Shown here: piece by piece, positions 1 through 14,280 of the stretch
Position numbering within the stretch: position 1 is the stretch's first letter
Layout of the letters: each line of letters opens with the position of its first letter
NCBI GenBank assembly: GCA_012295275.1
Contig: CM022670.1
Coordinates: forward strand, 6,076,001 to 6,140,000
Source of the DNA: Chrysomallon squamiferum
Taxonomy: Eukaryota > Animalia > Mollusca
Length of the DNA stretch: 64,000 nucleotides
Reading direction: 5' to 3'
The notes under the pieces: generated by a model
What the model saw: only the letters and a program-made list of their open reading frames with translations
What the model was told of the DNA's origin: nothing
Databases searched by the model: none
Position numbers and translations under genes: made by a program

Positions 1-157
1 TTATATAAGAAAAAACATTTCTTTATCATCAACCATTAGTTCACTAATTTATATAACAAAATATTTCATTATCAACTACTGTATTTATCAAACAATCAAT
101 GTTAATAATCCATTATTTAAGTTTGTTTATTAAATTTATAAATTGTTAACATCTGTT

Positions 158-189
<32 letters not shown>

Positions 190-443
190 CACACTATGTT
201 CTAAAGCAGTGGTTAAAAATGCAATCAGTAATTTTTTGCCATAATTAATAAAAACCCAGATTTGCCTATATTAAATATAAATTAATAATAACCAGTCAGT
301 GACCATGCTTGCATAGAAAATATACATATTTTTTACAATTTTATTTGTACAGATGATTAGCTACTGATGGATTCTGGTTTAAAAAATATTTTTTGTGACG
401 TATTAACTATTTCATGATGTGATTATTTCAAATGCAGTTTTAC

Positions 444-3400
444 CTCATAAATCAACATCATGGTGTGAATGTCCCGATTGTCTGAGATAAACTTCATCAA
501 CTGAGCATGTAATTCAGGCTTGTTAGTCTGTAAATAAACACTTTGTTTATTTTCTTCCAATTTAAATAAAAAAAAATAAAAAAACATATGCTTCATGATT
601 TACAGATTTGACAAAATATTTATCTTATGATGCATTTCATTAGTCATTTTATCATTTCAAACACAATCCCAATACATTTAAGGCTGAAAGGATTTAGAGT
701 TTATCATTTATTCCTGATTTAAAATATTAAATACACATTTTACCTGTTGTGAAGCAGAAATTTCTTCATCATCAATAAGAAAACTTTCCTCTGGCACATC
801 ACTAGAAACACAACTAAAAATAATTTTAAATGAGAAACCACGAAATCAATTTTCAGACCATTTTTAAAATTTATAAACAACATGGTTTATTCACATTCTA
901 CATTGCACAGAAATTTAACTAGGTGGTATAAACATATATTTTATAATTAAAAAACAAAGAATAAAATTAAGAGAATTAATAAACAGTCTACTGTCTCACA
1001 TAGACACTTTTGTTTTGTGTGATGAAAAAAAAATGTTTGCCACTTTATATCTGTCTCAGCACCTGTTGTGTTTGTTTTCTATCAGTGGTAACAATCAGCT
1101 ACTGATATTTTCTATTACTGTAATATAAAAAACAATATGTCTGACAGTTATTATAAAAACTGGGTTAAATGTTATTACATGAATATTCACCTGTTTGTTG
1201 ATTCCTGTGATGACGACACAGAAAAATCTTCAGACAATTGGTGTAAATTTTTCTGTGAAACTTTCTTTTCTTCACCCGTTTCTTTAACATCACTTTCTCA
1301 ACTTCTTTAGTTTTTGTTTTTGCAGGAATTTTCTTTTTTTTCACTTTATCTTTACCGTCTATGTTTTTTGCTGTTTTCAATGTTTTGTTTTTAAGAGTTT
1401 GTTTTACTCCAGCAGACTCAGTCTGTTTAGGAAGTGTGACTGAAACAGGTTGTTCAGTCATTGACTCTGGATCACAATCACTGTCAGTTTCATCTGTGAA
1501 ATAAAATTTGTTTTATGAAGATAATTATCTTTATTTTAATTGTAATAAATTACATATGCAAACACACAAACACAAATCAACATGTACTGCCATTCTAAGA
1601 GGGCTCTGTAAATAAACAGCTACTACTTTTTGAGTTTGTTTGATTGTGTGATGATTATTTTAAATTTATTGAATAGGCACGTGTAAGTATGAACTAAACA
1701 GTTAAACAGATCTAAGCACAAAATTGCAGACAAACTAAGAGAGAATTGCAAGACAGAGAAGTTTGGTTTAAGTAACAAAACAGAACTGATCATTAGTTGA
1801 GGTAGAAATAGTACAAATGGAATGAACAGACAGATTGACTGTCATACAAATATGTGTACCACTGTTAAATTGATAAATCATCGTATCTACACAAACACTT
1901 TTTATTAATTTTTATTAAATTTAAACTAAACATTTAAAATAACTGAGATAGTAAAACATTACATAAAGATTCAATCTGAACCACTTAACTATACTTTCAT
2001 TTGAAGTAATCTGTATTCTCTATATTCAAAAACTGAATTAGGCAAATAGTTTATATCTGCTTCAAAATATAAATTTAAACAAAGTAATTAACAGACAGAC
2101 AAAAGAACAGACAAAGAAATATTTACACTGGTGAGTTTTGTAGTAAATATCTTTTAACACTAGTTTCATCTTCTTCTTACACATTGGTTTCAAGCCATAC
2201 CTTGCTACAGCATTCTGAAATAAACATTTTTTATTTATTTGTTTAGTTTAAAATTATTATTATTATTATTAATTTTATATAATTTGAAAAAATAAGATAT
2301 CTTAAAATATAAAAATTAAAAACAAAACAAAACAAGAAAAACAACAAAATAACTACAGACTGTTTCAGACAAGACCCACATGTTAGATATAAACATTTAT
2401 TTTTGTTTAGTTTTTACTTCACTGTGTACAATAACAAACACAAGTTTATCACAAATCTTTCTGAAAGAATCTGGACAGGAAATTTAAATCTTATGACTTT
2501 AAAGTGCTTTTTGACTGGTTGTGATTGACTTAAACAAATGTTTGCCTATTTGCATGAAAATAAAAATAAGTTTTATTAAGCAGTCTAGAGTGAGACATTA
2601 GCTGTAAGAGATTAAAACAAAACCTTGAGGTGTGGAGTTGCCATGTTGTCGTAATCCTGCATTGGTGTGAAAGGTGATGGAGGAATCCAATTTTTCTCCT
2701 TTTTCGTTTTCTTTCTTTGAGGTGTTTTAAATTTACTTTCCTTGAAAATAAATACAAATAATTTTTTATTTCTTGTTTTCATTATCAAACCTCAGTAATT
2801 TTCTGTTCACATAATAAAAACAGATTTACTATTTATTTTATTTTGTTATACATTTAAACTGCACATAATTATTATATCAGTTTATAATTATTCCCCAAAA
2901 CAAATGCATATTATCTTCTTATAATTATTTCATTATGATTCAGTTCAAAAGAATCATAAAACTAGAGTTATCTAAATATATAACACTTACTTAATATTTT
3001 TAAAATTTTTTTATTTTAAATGAGTACCCAAGTTTTTATTATTTCTCTATTTCAAATATTTTCTTCTTATTCTGTTTTCTTGTCTATTCATACAGAAGTG
3101 ACAATCACATTATTTTACATATTATTTTAAAAATCTTCTTTGAACTTACAGAATTATCTCCCTTCTCATCCAACTGTTTGTTAGATTTTGTACTTTCAAA
3201 TTCTGTGTCAGATGTGTCAGAAAACAGTTTCTGGGGAAAAAAAGGATTAATTCAAAAATTAATTCCATATAATTTACAATCTGTAATGGAGTTTACAGAC
3301 TAATGCTTCTAAATGAAAATTTTATTTATGACTAATGATCAATTTTTAATAAGAATAAAATATAAAAACCATAAAAAAAATCCAATATATTTTAAGGAAA

Positions 3401-6400
3401 GTCAATTTTTAAAAAAACATAGTACGGAAAATTTATGGAAAATGTAATTTTACTTTTTTATTTATGACCCGATATCTCAGACATAAATGTAAATAAAACG
3501 AAAACCAGCAGTTATAATAATGTGTGATTAACTGACAATGAAAGTAAATAAAAATAGCTGTAATACAGAATAAATCACAACATTCTAATTAAAAACCTTT
3601 GATCCTGATGGTGGCCGTTTGTCCCTTGGTGTACATTTCACTTTTTTATGAGATGATCTCACTATTTTCTCTGGAGATGATTCAACATCGGCATCAAAGT
3701 CATTAAACATCTCCACAGGACAAGCATCAAACCCATCAAAATCTTCCCACACATCATCTACACAATTTGAGACAGATGATAAATAAATAAATAAATAAAT
3801 AACATTAATTAACTAATTAAATATTTATATAAAAACAAAAAACTCTTTTTTTTTTTTTGTGTGTGTCAGCATTACAATGCTCATTTCATTTCATCTAAAA
3901 ATGATTTAATATATCATCAAAAGAAAACAAAAAAAAAAACATAAAAAGTAAAGAACTTTTAAAAATAGATTCATAATGTCTGAAACAGTATGTTTGAATC
4001 TGTTCCATAATTGAAAAATGAACATCTCTTTTCATATCATATAAATTAAAAGTTTCAAAACAAGTCCGCCAATAAATGTTTATATGACAAATGTATAACT
4101 TTTACTGTTCAAACAGACTATAAAACTAACAGATTATTTTCCTTTAACAAGTTTTAAAAGTAAACAATCAAAAACATTAATTAAAGACAAACTCTTACTA
4201 GACAACTGGTTGTTCTGCATACTAGTGTCAGTTTTGTTCTGTGAAGACTTCAGCTGAGGTGAGGAAGTTTGTTTGGTTGGCAGTGAAAGACAATCTTTTA
4301 CAGAGGATACAGATTCCTCTATTACCTGAGAGTTGTGTGTAATAAGCTGAGAAGACTGAGTCTGTGTTAAACTTGTTTTAGCACACTTGCTGGTGAATGT
4401 TGGTGACAGATCAATGTTGGGTGAAGGTGACACACTGTCCAGATTATCACTCAGTATTTCAACATCTGAATCACAGCCATCTCCTGCCACCTGTCTTTCT
4501 TTTTCTAAACTTGTTTCATTTTTCTTTCTCTCTAACATTTGTTCGTTTAGTTTTGTTTCTTCTTCCTTTTTTGGTTCATTTTTCTCTTTAACTGAATCAT
4601 CCTGTTTACCACTCAAAGAATTAAGTTTAAGTATTTCTTCTCTCAGATTCATCACAGGTGGTTGCACAAGATCTGTGTCAGAAGTGAAACCAGAGTTATA
4701 TGACAGCAATCTATCAGATATCTCTGTAATAGCATCTTCACATTCAACACCATCATCTTCCATATTAGAACATTCAAATCTACCATGCAATGTACTGTTT
4801 TCTGATTTTTTTGTTTCAGTAGTAGCATTATATGTCTTTTCATCTTGCACATATGAACTTCCAAGCCTGTCATTTCTACTAAAAGTAGAGTTACTGGTCT
4901 GCTTCCTTTCCGTTTCTGTACTTTTCAGATAATCGCTTTGCATATATGAGTCTTCAAATTCATCACCCTGAGTTTTGTTATCTGCTTGCTTTTCTTCTGC
5001 TGGTGTCATCAACATGAATGCTGATCTCAAATACTTCTTCACATCGGGACTAACAAACAAAGAATCATCATCTACAACCCTGCACTCACTTGGACTTTTC
5101 TTATTTCCATTACCCTCGTCTGCTCTGACTTCCACTGGACTACAGCAGTCTATGTTACTCATCTCACTAATCTCAACATGGAAAATTCTGTTTCCTGACA
5201 CAGGAGTCGACATCTTATACTTCTTACTCTCTGGTCCCACCTCCCCAAACATTACACCAGATTCAAAACCAAACGATTTCCTTTTTCTCCCTTCTTCTAC
5301 CAGTCCGTTGATACTTTCTGTTTCACTTTTCTTCTCAATCCTTGATTCAGAATTAACACTACACTGACTTGGGTTTGTATTAGATACTCCTTCAACATCT
5401 TCTGAACTATCTATCACAACATCTGATTTACTTTTCCTAGAATCTTCTGATAACATGCTGACATTCTTAGCATCTGCAACTGATTTCAGTAATTCATTGT
5501 AATCAACTTCTAACACCACTGCTTCACATAAAGCAGATTTATCTGGTGTAACTGTCTTTTCACTATCTAACTCACTCTTAATCTCTCCACTTCTTTTAAC
5601 AGGATATTTCGTTTCTCTTTCTCCATTTAAAGTGTCTTCCTCTTCATCTGATGAAATAATGTAACACTTTTCTTTTGTTATTTCTTCTTCATAACTTGAA
5701 TTTGTATTTTCACTGTACAAAATGATGTCAGGTGTTTCTAAAATAACTTTTCTTTTCTTTGACTGCTGTGAGTTTGAAATTCCTGGTTCATCATCACTAA
5801 AAAGCTCTTCTCCACTGTCAGCAGTTTGTTCTGTTTCATTCCTGGTTACAGCACTGACACTGGACTGATTATTCATGGTTAAACTATTGTCAGTGACTTG
5901 TTCTGAACATTCAGCTCCAGTGTTTGCACACTTGGAGGCCTGATCAATGCCAACGTCTACACTATCAGACTCCTGTTTTCCTTCTACAGTTCTTTTTTCA
6001 GTTTTCTTTTCTAACACAATCTTGTCTTCATCAACATATACAAATGACTTTGGTGATTTGATTTTTGAATTTTCTGCACACTCAGTACCAGACTGTGGTG
6101 TACAAATGTTAGACAGTGATTTTCTGCTGTGCTCACGCACGGAGTGTTTTACAGTTTCTAAAGATAGTTTTCCATGTTGTGACTTTTCTTCTTCACTGAC
6201 CAGTTCTTCTGAACATGATTTCGAATTTTTACTGTCACCAGATTCAGAATCACTCCAAACAACAATTGTAAGTTTTTCATTGCAACTATTTCCCTGATTA
6301 TCGCAAGTTTGGTCATTTTCATTTTGTGTACCTCTTAATGTAGCCTCATTATCAATACAAACATTGTACAACTCTGGCAGTTCTAATCTGAAATAAAAAT

Positions 6401-9400
6401 TAATAAAGATCTGTTTGACTAGTTACAAATATGTGTAGGTGTATGTTGTATGTGTGTTATGTGTTTACATTTTGTCTATCTAATTTTGACTGCGTTTATG
6501 TTTGTCTGGGTTTTATATGTGATGCCCATCTATTTAAATTTTTATAACTTATAAAAACCTCAAGTTTATTTAACTTGTTGGGCATTTAATTTAATATTCT
6601 GTAACTGTTAGCTTGAAACAAAATGTCAAAGGAATTCTTAAGTGAAATTTAAAACCAACATTCAGATATTTATACATAGATTTATTCAATCATGCATGTA
6701 CCATTTTGGTAGCCTTTGTGTGAAACATAAAATCATGTGCTCAAAAACCAGCTACTGAAAAACTATAAACTTTTAGTCTACCCCAACATTATCTGTTAAT
6801 ACAGTGACTTACCTGCGAGCTAAATCCAGTATCTGAGAGACGTAGTAACGATTGACAACAACACTTCCTGAATACACATATTTCAAAACACACAACATTG
6901 CTTCTTTCGATACATCCATCAGATTTATAACATCACCTGGCTCTATCATCTGAAAATATCAAAGTTCTTATAGTAAGCAAAACACTCCTGTAAATGTTCT
7001 GTCATTACAAAAAAAATAATTATAATTATCAAAACAAACAGTTTTAATTTTTCAGATTAAACAATTAAAATGAAAACATATAAAAAAAATTATACTTTCC
7101 ATTATTTCCTAATACAATGATTTACAATTTAAATTTCAAATAATTAAATTAAAACAATTATTTTGAAATTAGAATTGTTTAAAAGCTTTTTAAATTCTCT
7201 CTGTACACAAAGTTGTTTTACCTGTAACAGTTTAGGACACCGAGCTGACAGAAACACTTTGTGTGCAAACAGACAGACGTTGTTCATTGTTACTATAGTA
7301 ACATCACTCCAGTGAGACGAGTTGACAAGACAAGCCAGTGAATTTGTCAAATTTTTAACAACATTATCTCCAACTGGTATCTGAAAGCATAAAAACAATG
7401 AAATAGTAGTTCACGGTTTTAAAATTTCTATCTATTACAGCTGGATTATATTTCATCATGTTTGACTGATACTTATCACATAGCTGCATCAAATAAATGT
7501 TATATGTGATTCTAATGGACAGGTACTTAATTTCTGTTTTTGCTGAGATACAATCATTTATAAATTTTAGGTGCATTTTTAACTGACATAATCAATCCAC
7601 AAGACATTAAATTTTATCTCTCTTTTTTTAACAGAGCAGAAGATAACTATAAATGTTATATTTATTTTCATTGAACAGAGAACAACAGCAAACTTTATAT
7701 TTATTTTTACCAAGTAGAAGATAATTATAAATGTTAGTTTTATTAAGTAGATGGTATCTACAAATGTTATCTTTATTTTTAATGAGTAGAAGATACCTAT
7801 ATGTTATCTCTGTTTTTATTGAGTAGAAGTTGAGTACAAATGCAACCAGTATTTATACTGGATATGTTACAAAACTGAAGCATTTGTTATATATTTTTAC
7901 CTGTATTTCTAATGGACAGAGTCCACCATTTTGTGGCTTTTCATGTTTATTGGTGTTATCTATGAGTTCCCTTGTAGTTTTATACTTTTCTGTGTTGTCT
8001 ATGAGTTCCCTTGTATTTTTATACTTTTCTGTGTTGTCTACGAGTTCACTTGTATTTTTAAACTTTTCTGTCTCATCTACGAGTTCACCTGTACTTTTAT
8101 ACTTTTCTGTGCTGCCTATGAGGTCACTTGTACTTTTATACTTTTCTGTGCTGTCTATGAGGTCACTTGTATTTTTATTCTTTTCTGTGCTGTCTATGAG
8201 GTCACTTGTACTTTCATACTTTTCTGTGCTGTCTGTGAGTTCACTTGTGTCTTTATACTTTTCTGAGCTGTCTATGAGTTCACTTGTACTTTTATACTTT
8301 TCTGTGCTGTCTATGAGTTCACTTGTGTCTTTATACTTTTCTGTGTTGTCTGTGAGTTCACTTGTGCTGGTATTTGCAGCCAAATAAGCTAAAACTGCCA
8401 CTGTCTGTGAAGACACAACCAAGTCTTCAGAACTTGCATTCTCCTTATCCTTCAAAATAAACAAATACACAAAGTTAGAAAGAATATGTACTTATTTTTT
8501 ATATATAATAAGTTATAATCTACCCAAATGTATCTTCAATACAAAATAAAGAAGGTTATAATATGATAATAATGTTATAATAATGTCTAATTTGATGTTT
8601 TGATATTCTTAATAGCTTGACAAACAAAATCAGAATAAGCTTCCTTTGGATATGAGTGTGCAAAACCCCTCAAAAAACTTTACTGCTAGCTATTAAGAAT
8701 GATCTAGAATACCATTAATACACAAAAATAACATCTAAAGATATTTTAACAATAAAAAGTGTTAAAACTGTCTTTCATTAAAAAAATTTTTTCAAATATT
8801 ATTAATTACCTGCACATTTATTTGTTGATCAGACACTGGTTGATCCACATCAAGCTTTCTTTTTCCTCCAAGTGATAAACTCCTGCCAGGAATCTCAGAT
8901 AACCTGTGCAGTTTACTGCCTGCAGGGACTCTACTGACCTCTAGTGGTGGCATAAGAGCACTGGTATAGTAAAGGGAGACAATTTGGGATGGATCTGTCA
9001 AAGAATCTGCTAACAGTCCGGTCTTTTCCCACAGTGTGAGGTTCTGAAACATTAAGTATAGCACAAAAATCAACACAGTGATTTAAAATATGTAGTGAAA
9101 CACAGACCTTTACATCAGAAAAATAGAGATTTAAGATTCATACCTTTTAACCAACCTGTAACATTCAAACAATGTAGTGTGTGGGTAAATGTGAGTATGT
9201 ATGTGTGTGTGTGTGTGTGTGTGTGTTTGTTGACATGACTAAGTATAAAAATGATGTATGTACACTTACCTGATTATTTTCCATGAAGGAGGAGAACACA
9301 GTTACTGCTGTAAGATGTGACAGTTTTGTTTTTTCAAATGCTGGAGTTGAAATAATGTCCTCTTCTTCATCCTGAAATTTACAAAATCAATCATTCTCTT

Positions 9401-12400
9401 ACCACAGAACACTGTAAAATGAAGTTACAATTAACATCTTTGTTTATAAAAGAATATTTAATATGAAAATCTAGCACAATATTGTAGTTATGTATTTTCT
9501 AATTTGAGATTTATTGTTAAACCTATATATATATATATATATTAAATAAAGATATGATGAACTAGTGGACTTTGATAATAATGGCATTTCTGAATCTTTG
9601 TCAAGAACATTACAACAGATACCAGAGTACACAAGACAGCCTTGTGACTTTGAAACCTGTGTCTGAGTATAGTTGGAACAGGATATAACTATTAATAAAC
9701 AAACCTGGGGTACAATGAGCTGTGTGACTTTGTTTGCTATCCTCTCATCTTTCTGTTGTTTGGTCAGAGTCAGCAACAATGGAGTCTTTTCACCAAATCT
9801 GAAAACATTATATCCAGTGGCCGATTTAAATATAAATTTTATTCTTATTAGTAGGTGTCAGATTTACTCTCTGATAAAGACAGGAGAGATAAGGTATGAA
9901 GCTATTAGTACTATATGCACCATTTTGCCTTAAATAAGAAACACATAGCAGGGTATTAATTAACCAGTAATTAGGCAACAGCTGGCTATTTATTTAGGGA
10001 TGATCTAGGAAGGAAGAGAGATTTTATTTATAAAAATTATATGCATAGGTGAATTCACAGAATTACAAACACCTAAGATTTGAATACACAAATCAGAAAA
10101 ACAAACTGCACCATTTTTTAGTAAAATTATTTAATAAATGGTTAACAATTTCAAGATTTGGTCTTACTTAGTTTTCTTCTTGGTTTTCCTCAAGTCTGAA
10201 GAAACTGTTTCACTGGCTGAGTCCAGCTGATGGTCATCAGACATATGCTGGTCAGTCATGGAGGATGACAACACCATAGCTAACTGCAGATCTTCATCCA
10301 ACTTACTACAAGAGGGTAACAGAAGTGGTTGTATGGGATTTTGAAATGTATAGAAATGAACATATAAACAGAATACAGAATGTTCAATATATGTCTGTTA
10401 GAAACTTGAAACAAACAAAAGGTTTGCAGGCAGAAAAGAGAATATTGTCAGATACACAACAGCACTACTTTACACTTATTTAAAAATAATAAAGTTCCGA
10501 TCTACAAATTAACAACCAACAGATAATTCAACTAATTTAAGGTTTAATTTTATGATTTGGAGTACAGTTTGGTTCAGCTATTTAAGAATTTTTCTAAAAA
10601 GTTAATTTCAGAAAATTACTAAAATAAACAAAAAATACAAACCTTATTTTCTTTGGTATCTTCTTTTCCTTTACAGATGGTTTTTGTGGTTTAAGACTAC
10701 AAACGTAAGACTGTATCATTATAAAAAACTGCATTAAACTAAAAGAATTAAAAATAATAATAATCACTATTTAAATCTCTGATCCATAGAAATTCTTGTA
10801 CTGGTTTACGTTTTGAAGCAAGTATTTTTTAAGAATATGCCTGCATACATTCTGATAAAAGAAATGTTTGTACTAAATTATTTAAAATGTAAAAATAAAA
10901 TCATTTAACCTGTTTTTCACACTGTCTGGCAGAATACCTGCAGCCAGTTGCAGTTGATGATGTTCTTCTTGTTGTTTGACTGACTGCATCATCTGAAATA
11001 AGGGAATGCCCAGCTGAAGAGCACATTTCTTCAGGTGCAACCTGCGAATCTGCATCAAGACAAAAAATGATATTCTATAATCTAAACAAGACAGAACTTA
11101 TTCATTTTAAAATATAAAAAAATATCTACATTTATTCATTTACTCTCCAGATATATGTTTCAAGCTGTTTGTTTCAGGAATGTATCAGGGCTCATGCAAT
11201 CTGAAAGTGATGAAAGATAATGTTGATATTCTATGTGTGTGTCTTTATCTGCATGTATGCATTGTATGCAGGTGTAGGACTGAGTGCATATGTAAAATGT
11301 GTTGTTTGGTTGTTGTTAGGATAAAGACTCACAGACTGAGACTTGAGAGATTTTCCACACATTGGACAGTCAAGTACCGCCAGCTTTGCTTTCTCTAGTA
11401 ACTTCTGTTCTTGTTCTGCCACCCGTTTTACAGCTTCTGCCTAAAATATCAAACAGTTCTATTTAAAAATCCATATTTATAATTACTGGCAACTTCTATC
11501 CAATCAAAATATATTTGTTGATGATTTGGTGCAAAAGAAATACAAAATGAATTTCACAGAAATAACAGAAACATTACAAATGCTTTAACAACTGATTCTG
11601 ACTCAAAAGCTTTATGTAATAGTGTTATTGAACATTCAGAGTTACTTTATAAACCATTACATCAGAAACTTTAATAAAGAGATTTATTTATTCACATTCT
11701 TCATTAAAAAAAGAATTAACAGGAGCAGTGTGTGATATGGCAGAGAGTCAACAAACCTCGTCTATACACTCATTCAGATGTTGAGTTCGTCTCTGTGAAT
11801 TTAAGTAAGTGATGTCTTTCTGGCATATCTGACACAGTACTGGGTCCTCCTTCTTCACACTGCATGGTTTATCTGTAACAGAGAATCTTTTATCTGTAAC
11901 ACAAAATGACTAATTATCACACTGAGAGAATGACATAACTGTAACACAGAAAGAATAATTAATCTGCAACACAATTACTTTAAAAATAGTCTTTGTAATG
12001 AAAGTAAAATAGTTTATTAACCTTTCCCACTAGATGAATGGAGTCTTGCAAACCTCTGTAAACAGTTTTTCACATGCTGATCTAACCTTTCCTTTCCAAA
12101 ATTCTTCCCACAAGATGGACAAATTGATTCACTTCTGTCATCAAAAACATCCTCCTTGTGATCACCTTTGTCATACGTGGGAAATACATCAGCAAATGTA
12201 CGTCCAGTCTTAAAATCATCTGAATCATTCAGGTCAGTAAGTGTCAGTGTGCTAATTAGATGTTTTCTGTTCTGCTTTCGACTTTTCTGAAGAGAAAGTT
12301 TTGCTTTCTTCACAAGTTTTTTACTGCAGGAGTTAGTCAAAGAATCTTTTGTTTCCTCTGATTTCAGCTTTCCTGGAGTCTGTTTCAAAATATTATTTCT

Positions 12401-12565
12401 TTCGTCTTCCTCTGATCTGCACTTTCCCAATGTCTCTTTCAAATTTTTATTTTTCTGTAACCTACATTTTCTTGGAGTCAATTTTAAAGTTGTTTTTTTT
12501 TCATCTTCCTCTGATTTGCATTTTCCTGAGATTTTTTTTATTAGTTTATTTCTTTCACAATCCAT
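444..12565 (-). CDS. SLX4: Structure-specific endonuclease scaffold SLX4 (BTBD12/FANCP), about 20 exons, 3' end beyond the left edge
   Basis: ATG at 12565 (MDCERNK). UBZ4-type fingers CQIC..HLNEC (exon 11872-11757) and CPMC..HLKKC (about 11440-10910). MLR-like DEDLQLAMVLSSS (about 10290) and LWEKTGL..YYTSALMPP (about 9040-8945). BTB exon WSDVTIVT..FAHKVFLSARCPKLL (about 7380-7222). Large low-complexity exon at about 6387-4199. SAP/MUS81-binding motif PFTPMQDYDNMATPHLK|NAVARYGLKPMCKKKMKLVLKDIYYKTHQ (about 2690-2128). The SLX1-binding domain starts in exon 527-444 (LMKFISDNRDIHTMMLIYE). GT-AG boundaries. Confidence 0.93.
7630..7835. repeat. Degenerate intronic tandem repeat (GAGTAGAAGATA..TATAAATGTTAT..TTTT)
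   Basis: About 5 degenerate copies visible in an SLX4 intron. Confidence 0.6.
7960..8365 (-). repeat. Coding 39-bp minisatellite (13-aa unit TSELIDSTEKYKS, about 10 copies) in an SLX4 exon
   Basis: Directly visible in the sequence and in ORF 7853..8470. The exon is bounded by an acceptor near 8450 and a donor at 7900. Confidence 0.9.
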
Positions 12566-13202
12566 AATTATGGAAAAAGTTGAAGACAAATTGACAACAA
12601 TTTCATATTTCTGCAAAACAAATATGGCTGAAAATACATATAAAAAATTAAAATTAATAATTATTAATTATTATCATAATATACATTGTACATTGCATAA
12701 AACCTGTTTAACATTAAAATAAAGTGAACACTGCATGTCTAGTTATATAAATAAATTACTGCTAAACAGAATATCTGATAAAAATATATTCTTGCAAAAA
12801 TAACCAATATAGATATATATATATAAATTAATCCACTGTTATTCATTTGTGCATTTGTGTACATGTGAATATATGTTGGATATAGGTTTGGGTTAGATAT
12901 GTGCATTTTTATACAAGATACTTGTACATGAGTTAGAAATGTATATGATTATTTAAAACATACACGTGTAAGGTATTTGTATGAACTGATATATATATAA
13001 TATGTATAATTATCATTTCTATTAGACTGTTTATCTAAGAAATATTTGTGTAAGATATATCATATATATATTTGGTCAGTTTTATGTTTATGTGATTGAT
13101 AAATAGTTTATAAAAAATTTCTATAGATGTAAAGAATCAAATGAAGACTAATTATTTCATTAAAGAAAAATTACCACATCGTCAGTGTGATGAAAATACA
13201 GT

Positions 13203-14166
13203 CTAATTAGTGTCCTCCTTAACAGCATCTTCTAACATTTTAATGCGATGTTCCTTGATTAGTCTCACTCTTTCTAGGAATTCTTTCTGTTCTTCTTTTT
13301 CCTTTTTCATTATACGAGTTAACTTATTATCTTTTCCTGCAAACAACCTAAAGAAAATAAAACATAGTTTATCTATGTTATTGAAAAAGATAAAATGTCA
13401 ATCTATGTCTAATGAGACATTAATTTATTGTCATGTTTCCATTCTTCACAAGGCTGATTAAATTAAACATAGTTTTCAAGGATATCAAATGTGTATAGAC
13501 TAACTAGAACTGTACAAAGTAACAGATGCTAATATCTGTATGTGACTATAAACATTAATTTTTAAAATATATGTTGTCAGTCTTAACTAATTTATTTTAC
13601 TCTCTCTCTCTATGTCAGTAATTACCATCACACATTATGTAACTATGGAAAGAAACCAAAATTAGAAATGTACACAAAATGAAAAGTAACAAAGAAACTT
13701 TTTACTATTTTAGTATGCAGTGTGTTTTTAAAAATAAAAAAAAGACAAAAAAAAGAATTATATTAACATTTAAAATCTAACTGGAGGTTTAAAACAAATA
13801 AATAATAAAATTCAGAATATATTTTTCATCAGGTTACCATTTTAGTGCATATAAAGAACAATTATTTGATTCTACCAAGATCTGAAATTAACCTAAAAAC
13901 ATAAAAACTGAGCCATTTTCATCATGCAAGAGAACTACAGGCAACATTCAACCAATTACAGTTAAATTACTAACATAAGGAAAATAAAAATAAATTTAAA
14001 AACAAAGACAAAAAGGTATAAAAGAAAGAAAAAATAGTTTTGTTAAAACTTACAAAAGACCTGCATACGTCAGAACAGTGAAGGTTAATCCACCAAATAT
14101 AAACCAGTTGCGTAATTTGTAGGCCACAGTTCCCCGCATGTATTGGTTTCTTTTTATTTCTCTCAT
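13203..14166 (-). CDS. Uncharacterised 85-aa single-pass membrane microprotein (2 coding exons)
   Basis: Exon 14166-14054 (MREIKRNQYMRGTVAYKLRNWFIFGGLTFTVLTYAGL) ends at a GTAAGT donor. Exon 13347-13203 (LLFAGKDNKLTRIMKKEKEEQKEFLERVRLIKEHRIKMLEDAVKEDTN*) follows a TTTAG acceptor with matching phase 2/1. A strong acceptor TTTTTTCCCTCAG lies at 14188 and an in-frame TAA precedes the ATG. Confidence 0.75.
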
Positions 14167-14245
14167 TCTTTAAGTTGAGGTGTAAACCTGAGGGAAAAAA
14201 GTTTTACAATTATGTGTATGTACATATTTATGTATGTGTGTGTCT

Positions 14246-14280
<35 letters not shown>

